A DNA stretch of 63,695 nt, the filler included, from Octopus bimaculoides (Eukaryota), in NCBI RefSeq assembly GCF_001194135.2. It is 8 parts of 6 records of this genome, joined end to end, with 100 filler letters (N's around TTAATTAATTAA, not from the genome) between each part and the next. Parts side by side here need not be neighbours in the genome. Positions count along the whole stretch, not along the records: positions 6,835 to 30,617 come from NC_068997.1; positions 30,718 to 39,348 come from NC_068982.1; 6 more parts are not named here. The stretch is one strand, 5' to 3'. Shown piece by piece: positions 23,819-35,911 of the stretch. Made by a program: the position numbers and the translations under genes. Positions within the stretch are counted from its first letter, which is position 1. Each line of letters opens with the position of its first letter. The notes under the pieces were generated by a model. It saw only the letters and a list, made by a program, of their open reading frames with translations, had not been told where the DNA came from and did not search any database.

Positions 23819-24334
23819 CTTCCTTTCCATGCAGGATTTTAAAAAGTTGATGAGGACTTGGTCGAAGAAGACGGCGTCTGTCTTCAGTTCGTTTAGTCTC
23901 GTCCACCTCACAAGTTCTTTCGCCATAGCACCAGAATAGAGTAAAACTGTCTGCCCTTTCCGGCCAAAGAAAGGCCGCATGGCGATCTTCACGATGGAGT
24001 TGGCAGATTGCCAGATTTGTCCCACACGCGATAACAGCTGTTCGATATAATTTTGCATGTCAACAATGCTCAGGCAATGTTCGAGCGCGCACAGGAAGAT
24101 TTTGTTGCTCTGCGCGCATACATTTCAAACATGCTTGAAGAGTTTATCCCTTACTGGCAATGCCCCCAGTAGCACCGCTCGGCCTGTGATTTCTGGAATT
24201 TTCCCATTGGTCCTCATTTGTAAGTGGGTTGATTCTTCTCGAAGCCTAGTGTTTCGTATAGAAGAGTATGAGACGTGCTGGCGTTGCCTGTTTGGCGTCG
24301 CTAATTCGTTACTGACTTCTTTGTCATCAGACAT
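23819..24334 (-). CDS. Exon-like 172-codon frame with a single in-frame TGA (codon 70); weak Dbl-homology (RhoGEF)-like pattern; possible pseudo-exon
   Basis: ORFs 24125..24358 and 23783..24058 are in the same frame, separated only by the TGA at 24127-24125. ATG has A at -3; AAG|GTGAGA donor at 23818. Non-repetitive, visibly less AT-rich than its flanks. Confidence 0.5.
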
Positions 24335-27289
24335 TTTGTCCCCAAAACCTTTTGGCACCGTAAAAATTTTATCCTTATTCTACTAGACAACTATCATCTA
24401 ATCACAGCTACAACACTACTTGACTATTAAACTTATTTAGCTTCTTGCTTCTCTTTATGCATATGGGAACTAATTAAATATTGACGAAACGTGAAAACGA
24501 ACTATTTTCTGTACATCTTTGACAAAATAAAATTAATTGAGAATTAAAATGTTGGCGAAACTTGGAGACAGAGAGGGGGAGGGGGAGAAAGAGAGAAGCT
24601 TTAACGTACAAGAATGACTTCAATTTCAACAATGTCTCTCTCTTTCTTTCTTTGTGTGCGTGGGTGTACATGTATGCACGTTTATGTGTGGGGACATAAT
24701 TCCATTTATGTTAATGAGAAGAAAGAAAAGTGTTTATGTCAATCGATTTCAATCAATAAGCTGTAGTGTGTACTTCTTCCTCTATTTGTCAATCTATTTA
24801 TCTGTTTCTGCGTGAGTGTATGTGTGTATTTGCCGTTAGTGCCGAAAAGTATTATCGCCAAAAACGAAAAAAGAAACGTCAAATCAGGTCCAATATTCAG
24901 TCGGCCGTGCCAAATCTTCAACGTCCAAGCAGCCGAACCCAATCATTTTATTCTGTCCCGAGTACACTTTTGTACCTGCTCACCACTAATTCTCCATAGA
25001 ACTCCGTGGTATGGAACATCTACCGACAGCACTGTCCGACTAGCAGGCGGCTGTAAGCATCTGGCTGCACGCAAGGTGTCAAGCACCTTGTTTCTGTCTA
25101 CGCTCGATCTTCTTTATCCGAGAACAAAATAAAAACATGAGAAATCACCAACCACCATGGTTTTGCTTTTTTCTTTCTTTTTTTTTTATTGTTCGTAATT
25201 GGTAGTATCAATATCCCATATCTCTATGGAGTTCTATAAGGAAACTCTGAAGGTATTTCTTCGTAACAACGACGCTGAAGTTTCCAACGCTACCTGAGAA
25301 TCTCTCTCGTATTTTCCTACCTGCGCTGATTTGCAGTCTTCCTAATGTCAAAACATCAGAGATTTTTACCACACTCGTATGGAAGGTCTTTCCTTACGTC
25401 TCAATGTTCCCACTTTGTGCGGCGGAAGATAACACTTCTTTATTTTTGCTTTTACGAGCTCAAATTTGGAAATGGATGCAATTTGTTTGCTGTTGTGGGT
25501 GAAGCTTTCTATTTATTTGCTGTCGTTGTTGTTGTTAGGGGTAGTGTTGCTGGGTTTGTTGGTGTATTTATTGTTGTTGTGGATGTGACAGAGTGATGCT
25601 GTTATGTGTTCTTTGTGTCATTTTCTGTTTTCAGTCTTTTACTTCCCTTGACTCGATCCTTTTTCACGTCACAAGAGGAGATCCTTGTGTCAGACAAATC
25701 CGATCTGGACCGGGATAGAGTTACGTATTTCTGCGTTTCAGCATATAGGAGAAAAACGAACAAGGAAAGAGGGAAAGTGCCGGGCTAGAATATCCCTTGG
25801 GTATTGTAAACGTTTCTTTTTTTTTTTTTTCGCCATTGAAGTTACTAATGCAGATGTCTTAGATGTTGATGTTTGTGCTACTGCTATTGCTACAGTTGCT
25901 GCTGTGGTTAAAGGTGTTATTGCTGTTGTCGCTGTTGTTGATGTTGGTACAGATGTTGTAGCTGTTCCTTCTTTTACTCTTCCTGATGCTGATGCTGCTA
26001 CCTCTATTCTGGCATGCTGCGTCATTGTTGCAGCGATGGTGACGGCGTCACCGGAGCCATCCTTTTTTCCTTTTTCGGTTCGGTTGTGTGAATAGCAAGC
26101 TCTCACACGATCGGTGCTGCCTCACAAGTGGTATCTAGGTCTTTTGCTTTCTGCAATTACAAATACTTCCACTCAATTTAGCAGAGAGATGATGTTTAGC
26201 ATGGAGGAGATTTTCCAACGTCATCCCAGAGCAGTCTTCTTGCCTCCATTTTTAACATCCAATTAGATGTTGCGGCCTTCCAACACGCCGCGGGCTTGGA
26301 TCCGCAGAGAGACAGCCCAGGCTGGACACCCTCCTTAGCCTACTTCTTAAGTATATGGAGAAGAGGGTAAACTCAGTATTTCAGCAGGCGATCAATAAGT
26401 GTTGCAGTGCGCGGGTCTGTCTAAACTAGGACTTTGACCCCCATCGAATTCCCTTGCCCTAGATACATACTGAATATACTGCTATACTTCTGAGGCAAGA
26501 ACACTGCTCTGAGGACTTGGCCGTCTCCAGGCGATGACTTTCTAAAGGCCCACAGCGTTAAATTATCGTCTCTCTAGCCATCGCAGTTGTTGCTTCTACC
26601 ACTGCTGACGTTATTGTCGTTACTGTTTCTGTTGTTACCTTTGCTATTGTTATTGGTTTAATTGCTATTAATACTATTATATATCGCCACGATAGAAGTA
26701 ACGCAATTTTTTTTTTTTTTAAGTTTGTGCTTTCAACAGGGAAAATCCTTCTCTTCCATAAGCAGAAGGAGAGAGATGAACCTTGACATGTGCTGCATTT
26801 CTATCTTTGAAAGTCACCTCCTACTTCTCCCTTCACTTCGCTGGCTGATGAAACCGACACCATATTACCAAAAATAATTATTTTCAAAGCAAAATTTGAG
26901 TCTTTTGCCACAAAGTTGAGCCCCAAAACGATGTGAAACAGAGAAATCAGCCAGCATTCTGGGGTTCTATTTTTCTTTAGAAGACGGTATACTATAAAGA
27001 TTTAACAATTTGCAGATCTAAATATATAACCAAGTAAACAAACTTACGACCGATCCGAAGGGCATCTTGCCAATATGACCATAACAACAACAACTACGAC
27101 GAAAACAACAACAACAGCCTTGTTAGAAACAGCAAGGATTCTAAGGAGAGTATTAGAAAGTTGAAGGAGAAAGAATGACCTCAAAGGTCTTTTGGTCGTT
27201 TGTTATGGCTCACTCTTTTGATATAACATCTGCCAGAGCAAAAGCATCAATGAAAATAAAAACAATAACGGTAGTTCTTTCTACTGTAG

Positions 27290-27660
27290 GCAGAAGGCGA
27301 GGAATTTCAGGCCATTCAATGGCATCGACCCCAGCACTTGACTTACTTTATTTTATTGACCTGGAAAAGATGAAAGGCAAAAATGACCTCGGTGAAATTT
27401 TTACTCAGAGCGTAAGAAGCCAGAAGAAATGCTTCTATGCATTTATTCCGGCAACATGCTACCGATTCTACCAGTTCGTCAGGCAAATAACGGTTTCAAA
27501 TTTTGGTACAACGCCAGCAAGTTCGGGGAAGTGATTAAATCGATTACATCAACCCCAGTGCTCAACTTGTACTTATTTTATCGATCTCAAAGGGATGAAA
27601 GGCAAAGTCGATTTCGGTAGAATATGAACTCAGAACCTTAAAGCCGGACGAAATGCTGTT
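27290..27660 (-). mobile_element. SINE family A, two tandem copies
   Basis: Two successive reverse-complement copies of the family A body, ending at a (TAG)n array. Confidence 0.75.
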
Positions 27661-27676
27661 CAGTAGTAGTAGCAGC

Positions 27677-27739
<63 letters not shown>

Positions 27740-28215
27740 TGCTGTTGTCTTTCATTTTCTGCATCCTGTAGCTCATAGAGCATTAAAACATGTCAGCCTA
27801 AGTGGTTGATAGTGTTAAGAGAAGTGGTAGTGGAAGTGTAAAATCTGTAACATCAGTCAGCGTTCATAGCAGCAATAATGGAAGCAATGATGGTTGCTTG
27901 TGGCAACCACAACAATCGAAAGACCAAAGACAATTTAAACAACAATTGGAGTGATACGGGAGTCAATAAAAGCTTGTTGTTACAGCCGTTATAATACTTG
28001 TTCATGAGTTTCAGAGAAATATCTGGAAGAAATCCAGGTATACAATTATGCGTGGGTTCTGATGCTGACATGACTTTGGCAGTTAAGTGAAGTCTAAATC
28101 ACAGTTGCAATTGTCCCATTGTTTTCACACACACGTACACATATACACGCATACATATACATGGATAAATACGCACGGACATGCAAACGTGAATATATGT
28201 ATATGCATACACACA

Positions 28216-28288
<73 letters not shown>

Positions 28289-28494
28289 TCATACATATAT
28301 ATAACTTTGCATACATGAATATACAAATACACACACACACACATGTACATCGCTTAGCTTAATGGTACAGCATGCTTATTTTTAGTTTCAGAGGTACGGG
28401 CTCGATCCTCTGTAGTGGCCTGCTTGGCAATTTTGACTCTGGTTGTAATCCAGTATGGGCAAGCCGTAAGGCTAAAACGTATGAAAGAATATTA

Positions 28495-28962
28495 TTTTAC
28501 TTGTTTCAGTCATTTGACTGAGGCCATGCTGAAGTACCGCCTTTAGTCGAAAAAAATCGACCCCAGGACTTATTCTTTGTAAGCCTAGTACTTATTTTAT
28601 CGGTCTTTGGCCAAACCGCTACGTTACAAGGACATAGACAGAAGGGACTGAATCCAGGACCATGTGGTTGGGAAGAAAGCTTCTTAGCACACAGCCACGG
28701 CTGCGCCTATATAATATATGTTCTTTATTTTGTTACTTGCTTCAGTCATTTGACTGAGGCCATGCTATAGCACCACCTTTTAGTCGAAGAAGTCGACCCC
28801 AGGACTCTTTCTTTGTAAGCCTGGTACTTATTTTATCGGACTCTTTTGCCGAACCGCTAAGATGCGGGGATGTAAACACACCGGCATCGGTTGTCAGGCG
28901 ATGGTGAGGTGACAAACACAAGCAAAAGGACACACACAAACACACACACACACACACACACA
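28495..28962 (-). mobile_element. SINE family D/F: internally deleted copy (28495-28712) and a 3' half running into a gap (28730-28962)
   Basis: TACTTGTTTCAGTCATTTGACTG.GGCCATGCT occurs twice; head remnant at 28650-28712; (CA)n internal repeat before the gap. Confidence 0.85.
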
Positions 28963-30464
28963 NNNNNNNNNNNNNNNNNNNNNNNNNNNNNNNNNNNNNN
29001 NNNNNNNNNNNNNNNNNNNNNNNNNNNNNNNNNNNNNNNNNNNNNNNNNNNNNNNNNNNNNNNNNNNNNNNNNNNNNNNNNNNNNNNNNNNNNNNNNNNN
29101 NNNNNNNNNNNNNNNNNNNNNNNNNNNNNNNNNNNNNNNNNNNNNNNNNNNNNNNNNNNNNNNNNNNNNNNNNNNNNNNNNNNNNNNNNNNNNNNNNNNN
29201 NNNNNNNNNNNNNNNNNNNNNNNNNNNNNNNNNNNNNNNNNNNNNNNNNNNNNNNNNNNNNNNNNNNNNNNNNNNNNNNNNNNNNNNNNNNNNNNNNNNN
29301 NNNNNNNNNNNNNNNNNNNNNNNNNNNNNNNNNNNNNNNNNNNNNNNNNNNNNNNNNNNNNNNNNNNNNNNNNNNNNNNNNNNNNNNNNNNNNNNNNNNN
29401 NNNNNNNNNNNNNNNNNNNNNNNNNNNNNNNNNNNNNNNNNNNNNNNNNNNNNNNNNNNNNNNNNNNNNNNNNNNNNNNNNNNNNNNNNNNNNNNNNNNN
29501 NNNNNNNNNNNNNNNNNNNNNNNNNNNNNNNNNNNNNNNNNNNNNNNNNNNNNNNNNNNNNNNNNNNNNNNNNNNNNNNNNNNNNNNNNNNNNNNNNNNN
29601 NNNNNNNNNNNNNNNNNNNNNNNNNNNNNNNNNNNNNNNNNNNNNNNNNNNNNNNNNNNNNNNNNNNNNNNNNNNNNNNNNNNNNNNNNNNNNNNNNNNN
29701 NNNNNNNNNNNNNNNNNNNNNNNNNNNNNNNNNNNNNNNNNNNNNNNNNNNNNNNNNNNNNNNNNNNNNNNNNNNNNNNNNNNNNNNNNNNNNNNNNNNN
29801 NNNNNNNNNNNNNNNNNNNNNNNNNNNNNNNNNNNNNNNNNNNNNAGAGGCAGAGGAACAAAAGAATTAAGGAGGGGCGAGAAAAAATGACAGGGAAAGT
29901 GAGCAAGAAGAGAAGGCAAGGAAATGTGAGAGAGTGGGGACGAAAGAACTTAAGGGTGCAGTGAGCATCAACCTATTTAGAAGTGATAGCTAAAGTCTCA
30001 ATTCAATTCACCAAAATAATAGAAAATAACAGTATGCGAGGAAACGGACAAAGAATTAAAAAGCATGCCTATAAAGATTATACCGTTCAGATGCTCATAT
30101 ACCATGGTTTTGGGTGTTGGGCCGAGGGCCTTAACCTTCCTCAGTATGAGTTACTGGGCAAATAATTCCAAATCCGCCACCATTAGCCCTCTGGCTTGTT
30201 TTGCACCAAAACCCAGTAACGCATGGTGCAAAATATTTATGAGCTAAAACATTCGAATTTTTGCATTCAAGATAACATGTTATTATTGTTAATACCATCT
30301 ATGACGAATATTTTAAATTCATAATATTAACAGCAGTAAAATGGGCGGCTCACGGGTTTAATAGCATTATATGCTATAAAATTTAAATTAGCATGAAGCC
30401 TTAAGGATGCAGTGATCATCAATCTATTAAGAAATGGGAGCTAAATATATATACAATAGGCACA

Positions 30465-30566
30465 GGAGTAGCTATTTGGTAAGAAGCTTGCTTCTGAACC
30501 ACAGGGTTCTCGGGCCGACCAAAGCATTGTGAGTGGATTTAGTAGACAGAAATTGAAAGAAGCCCG

Positions 30567-30617
<51 letters not shown>
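30465..30617 (+). mobile_element. SINE family D/F head followed by internal (GT)n
   Basis: GGTAAGAAGCTTGCTTC..AACCAC..GGGCCGACCAAAGC..GAAAGAAGCCCGTCG then (GT)n up to the gap. Confidence 0.8.
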
Positions 30618-30717
30618 NNNNNNNNNNNNNNNNNNNNNNNNNNNNNNNNNNNNNNNNNNNNTTAATTAATTAANNNNNNNNNNNNNNNNNNNNNNNNNNN
30701 NNNNNNNNNNNNNNNNN

Positions 30718-30756
<39 letters not shown>

Positions 30757-32051
30757 CACATATATATACATATATATATATACATACATATATACACATA
30801 CACACACACATATATACATATATACACATATATATATATAAATATATATATACAATAAAAAAATTTTTAAGGTTACATTCAAATTGTTGCTATCAAAATA
30901 TTTAAAAAATGAGTAAAAATGAAAATAAATTGTAGCTAAGAAATTAAAGAAGAATTAAATTAATTAACTTAGTGATGAAGTTTAAATATAATATTCAGAG
31001 CAAAATTACTAGGATTGATGTATTAAATCGATAGTGTAAAAACCGTAAATAAATATAACGGTCTCATCACAAATGATCCACATATAAAATTATGATTGAA
31101 AAATTAAGTAATTATTATGATATAAAGTAGTAAGCCAGAAGACTAAATAATATCGAATAATACAATAGATATTTATGAACAAAAAATTCTATAGAAATCA
31201 AGTTATATTATGAACGAGACATTATATATGCAAAATTGGCGATATAAGGCTAAGATTGATGGTCAAGAGGAGGTAAATCTAGCACATTAATAAGTGAGAA
31301 AATTTCTTGAGAAACTAAATGAATCAGTTTTTTTTAAAATCCAAGCACATTGTTAAATTGATTATTATTTATAAAAACATTTTTTATAAAAACAAGTTAA
31401 AGAGCACAATAAAGGATATGTAATCTATATAACAAAGGATATTTTAAATTACAATATTACATAATACATGAATTTAAGATATCCTCAAATAGTAATCATA
31501 TGAATTCAATCTTAATTACACATTAAAAACTATCAAAATAATATATATGTGAGTGTTTATAGAGGGATCTAAACTCATTAGTCAATGTTATTGAATCTAT
31601 GACAATATTGTAACAATTTAGATTTTTTTAAAAATATTTTATAATCATATAGAGACCAATAATGGATATTTAATCAAGATAAATAAAAGATTAAATGTTA
31701 TAAAATGCAAAATATGCTAAATTAATATACACTCAACTAGCACCTATCTAAATCTAATCTTAATTAACCATTAAATCTAGCAAAATAATATATATGTATG
31801 TGTGTGTTGTTTTAGAGAATCTAAAAAAAATGAGTGAGCCAATGTTATTGATCCAATCACATTTTAATATTAATTTTGATTATTTGAAAACATATTTCAT
31901 ATTTTACTATATGATCTTGAAGACATTAATAAAGGATGTGTAATCAAGATAAACCTAGATTATACATTCAAGATTACAGAATATGCTAAAATAAATTACA
32001 CCCCAAAAAATAAAAAATAACCATCCAAATCTAATCTTAATTATATATATA

Positions 32052-32109
32052 TTTTTTTTTTTTAAGTTTCAGCTCAGAGCTGCGGCCATGCTGATGCACC
32101 ACCGTGTAT
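32052..32109 (-). mobile_element. LINE/SINE-type 3' tail plus poly(A), fused to the U6 copy
   Basis: Minus strand GGTGGTGCATCAGCATGGCCGCAGCTCTGAGCTGAAACTT-A12, homologous to the family D/F 3' end at 60434-60472. Confidence 0.75.
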
Positions 32110-32201
32110 AAAGATGGAACGCTTCACGAATTTGCGTGTCATCCTTGCGCAGGGGCCATCCTTCTCTGTATCGTTCCAATTTTAGAATATGTACCGCCAG
32201 C
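32110..32201 (-). pseudogene. U6: U6 snRNA retropseudogene
   Basis: Minus strand CATATTCTAAAATTGGAACGATACAGAGAAG-GATGGCCCCTGCGCAAGGATGACACGCAAATTCGTGAAGCGTTCCATCTTT matches canonical U6. ATTAGC is replaced by a single G and the 5' stem is truncated. Confidence 0.95.
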
Positions 32202-33545
32202 AAAATAATATATATATATAAGTGTTATTAGAGAATCTAAATGAGTCGGACAAAGTTATTGATCATATTACATTGTAATATTAATTTTGATTTAAAAAAT
32301 GGAACTTATAATCTTCTAAAAACAAATAAAGGATATGTAATCAAAAATAATAGGAGATTATAAAATATAAGAGCATCAATTAAATTAGCATCAATTCTCA
32401 TTTACTTTGTCTTCTAACGGTTTCAATACCGATATGCTATACAATTTCATTACGTATCATGTCTTTTCAACTTGTTTATTTACATGTAATTATAGGACAA
32501 CTATGAATATTGTCTGTGAATGTTGTCTATTTTTACTGTTTGCTTTGAATTAATCCGAGCCTCAAGAGATACAATATTCAATATTTTATAATATGCATGA
32601 ATCCATCTGGATATTGCATCGAAATGATCATAGGTCATTATAAAGTCTTTACAATGGATCNNNNNNNNNNNNNNNNNNNNNNNNNNNNNNNNNNNNNNNN
32701 NNNNNNNNNNNNNNNNNNNNNNNNNNNNNNNNNNNNNNNNNNNNNNNNNNNNNNNNNNNNNNNNNNNNNNNNNNNNNNNNNNNNNNNNNNNNNNNNNNNN
32801 NNNNNNNNNNNNNNNNNNNNNNNNNNNNNNNNNNNNNNNNNNNNNNNNNNNNNNNNNNNNNNNNNNNNNNNNNNNNNNNNNNNNNNNNNNNNNNNNNNNN
32901 NNNNNNNNNNNNNNNNNNNNNNNNNNNNNNNNNNNNNNNNNNNNNNNNNNNNNNNNNNNNNNNNNNNNNNNNNNNNNNNNNNNNNNNNNNNNNNNNNNNN
33001 NNNNNNNNNNNNNNNNNNNNNNNNNNNNNNNNNNNNNNNNNNNNNNNNNNNNNNNNNNNNNNNNNNNNNNNNNNNNNNNNNNNNNNNNNNNNNNNNNNNN
33101 NNNNNNNNNNNNNNNNNNNNNNNNNNNNNNNNNNNNNNNNNNNNNNNNNNNNNNNNNNNNNNNNNNNNNNNNNNNNNNNNNNNNNNNNNNNNNNNNNNNN
33201 NNNNNNNNNNNNNNNNNNNNNNNNNNNNNNNNNNNNNNNNNNNNNNNNNNNNNNNNNNNNNNNNNNNNNNNNNNNNNNNNNNNNNNNNNNNNNNNNNNNN
33301 NNNNNNNNNNNNNNNNNNNNNNNNNNNNNNNNNNNNNNNNNNNNNNNNNNNNNNNNNNNNNNNNNNNNNNNNNNNNNNNNNNNNNNNNNNNNNNNNNNNN
33401 NNNNNNNNNNNNNNNNNNNNNNNNNNNNNNNNNNNNNNNNNNNNNNNNNNNNNNNNNNNNNNNNNNNNNNNNNNNNNNNNNNNNNNNNNNNNNNNNNNNN
33501 NNNNNNNNNNNNNNNNNNNNNNNNNNNTATATATATATGTATTAC

Positions 33546-33611
<66 letters not shown>

Positions 33612-33989
33612 TATTATTATTATCTTTACAAAAACCAAGACAGAATATAGAGGTATGATTAATAAAAATATTAATACATTGACAAGACCTACAGTTGTTT
33701 TAATTCATCCCTTGTAGTGTAAAATCAATCAATTTAATTTAATTTAATCAATTTGGTTACTTATTACACGCCAGAATAACATCAGAACGGAACGTACAAA
33801 GAAATTTATATATATTAAATTTAAAGCCTAATGAAAACATTAAATGTCAGGAAAAATAAAGTGTACCATTACAACTACTACATAATATAAAAATATATAC
33901 AGATATTAAATTAGATACAGTTATAAAATTAGTTATTGTCATAAATTAATATAAATAATATTAAGGTTAATTCAGACATACCTATGCAA

Positions 33990-35830
33990 AAATACAATAA
34001 ATGGTGATATGTAACTGCTGTCCTGTGTCCATCTGCCCTCTACAAATCCATTGTAGAAGATCTAATGTAATTTACAAATGCACCGTCCTCAACACATTAC
34101 ACAATTCTACAGCTATATATATAGGTAGACCATAAATTTTAAACAGCGGTATGCCGCTCATCTCAGTTTTTTTAGATACGAGAAACACAGTAAATCCACA
34201 ACACTCGCCAGTCACATGAATCATCTCAAAAATAGAAATATTACCTACATTTTGTGATGGTCCATAATAGATTCAGAGCTTCCATACCAAGGTCAACACT
34301 TAGCCTGTAAGTTATGCCTTAAAGAGACATTCCACATATTAAAACACAACTTCTCAACACTACTGAATAAATATACTGAAGGCCTAAGTATATGCAACCA
34401 CCGTTTTTTTCATGCCTTCAAACTTTACCACAAGTCTAAATGTAACCTAAATAGCCACAGTGTATATATCCACAACACTCCGTAGGTAATCCTCAACAAC
34501 CCTACCTATATCCATTTTAAGTTTTAATCTTTAATTTTTTAACTTCCCTATCTTACTCTAAGGATCACAATCATTTAATACTATATATATGGACATACAT
34601 GCGGATACATGTGTGTGTAAATGGGAGTACATGTATTTTATGCATGTATGCATTTGTAAGTGGGTATATGTATGTGTATATATATATATATGCGCGCGTG
34701 TGTGTATGCAAATTGCGTGCACATATATATATATATACACACAAAGATATAAGAATGAGTGTGTATATGTATATATAAGTACACAGAAGTACCTGTATGT
34801 GCGCATGCGTGTGACTGTAAGCGCGTATGCGCCTGCGCCTACGTATGTGCGTGGGCATGTATATGTACATGTATGCGCACGCATATGCATGTATGAATAC
34901 ATTTATGGATGCACGTGTGTCTATATGTATGTGTATATATAGGTGTATGTATATGTCTATATATGTGCGTGTGTATATGTATACATATTCGCACATGTAT
35001 ATGTATGTGAGTGCATGCGTACTTATGTCATTATACCTTCTTTCCTTCTCTCACATTTATTTATATTAATTTGACATCCTTGTATTCTTCCTTCCATTTC
35101 AAAATTTACTACCAAAACTACTATTTACTTCGGTATCACTCCACCCATACCTTTTCTCTAACCATCCCTTAATGCAGCTCTGTCGTATCACCCCTGCTCA
35201 CATATCTCACATTCTTTTACTCCTAACCTTCTCATCCCTTCCTATCTCTCCCCAATCCTCTTCCATCCTCCCACCACATTATCTTGACCACAAACTACCA
35301 CTCCTTTTCTTACTTCTTTCACTCTTTCTTCATTTTTTTCACTTTTCACTTTTTGTTTTTTTTCCTCTCTCCATGTTTATCTTTTTTTCTGTCTTCCTTC
35401 CTCTCATTTTCTCTTCCTGCTCTCAATTTGACCTATCTCTTCTTTTTAATCATACACATCTTTCCTCCATCTATACACTTCACACCAAAAAACCCTTTTG
35501 AACGAGCAACACAGATTCCACTGCTCCGTACTTTAAAACGACTAAACATGAACTGCTACTGGAACTTACATATCATGTACAGGAAACTTTTTTACCAGTT
35601 CTATACACCATTTTCCTCGGATAATGGAACTGCAAACACAATATCTTTATATGTCTTATTTTTGCTTTCATTCTCTTATTTCCCTCTATATTCCCTATCT
35701 CCTCCTTTTGTATAATAATTCGAACTCAAATATTTCCGTCTCTGATCAAGGGATGTCCATAATATCCTAGAAATATCTGTAAGACTCTTTCCTTAGAACT
35801 GTCCTGAAAACTACTCACAGTCTTGGCTTT
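33990..35830 (+). mobile_element. Penelope-like relic: GIY-YIG fragment plus 3' region interrupted by a microsatellite
   Basis: 34010-34416: CNCCPVSICPLQIHCRRSNVIYKC..IYIG / TINFKQRYAAHLSFFRYEKHSKSTTLASH..CKLCLKE..LLNKYTE..CNH (one frameshift, one stop). HHR relic at 35738. Confidence 0.85.
35738..35785 (+). ncRNA. Degenerate hammerhead motif (G8 mutated)
   Basis: GTCT-CTGATCA-A-GGGAT(9 nt)ATCCT-A-GAAA-TATCTG-TA-AGAC; stem I GTCT/AGAC. Confidence 0.55.
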
Positions 35831-35849
35831 GTTACCTTATTCTCTCTAA

Positions 35850-35911
<62 letters not shown>

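Larger units (their letters stand above)
31270..32400 (+). repeat. Degenerate tandem array, 4 units of about 250-270 bp, with protein-like conservation
   Basis: Marker AAAGGATATGTAATC variants at 31411, 31661, 31931 and 32328, translating to xNKGYVIKI-like peptides. Confidence 0.7.

Noticed and set aside
23835-24218. Plus-strand exon (strong pyrimidine tract and AG at 23834, GTAAGT near 24220)
   Set aside because: All three + frames contain stops. ORF 24057..24386 is the codon-aligned antisense shadow of the - frame.
25685-26106. Ala/Val/Thr-rich ORFs on both strands
   Set aside because: Degenerate (GCT/GTT/GAT)n trinucleotide repeats; no domain signal.
30662-30673. Recurrent TTAATTAATTAA palindrome, superficially a conserved site or repeat-spacer array
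   Set aside because: Always isolated between N-runs and has stops in all six frames; a scaffolding linker.
32110-32201. Functional U6 gene
   Set aside because: The catalytic AGC triad region is deleted, the 5' stem is truncated, and it is followed by a retroposon tail and poly(A).
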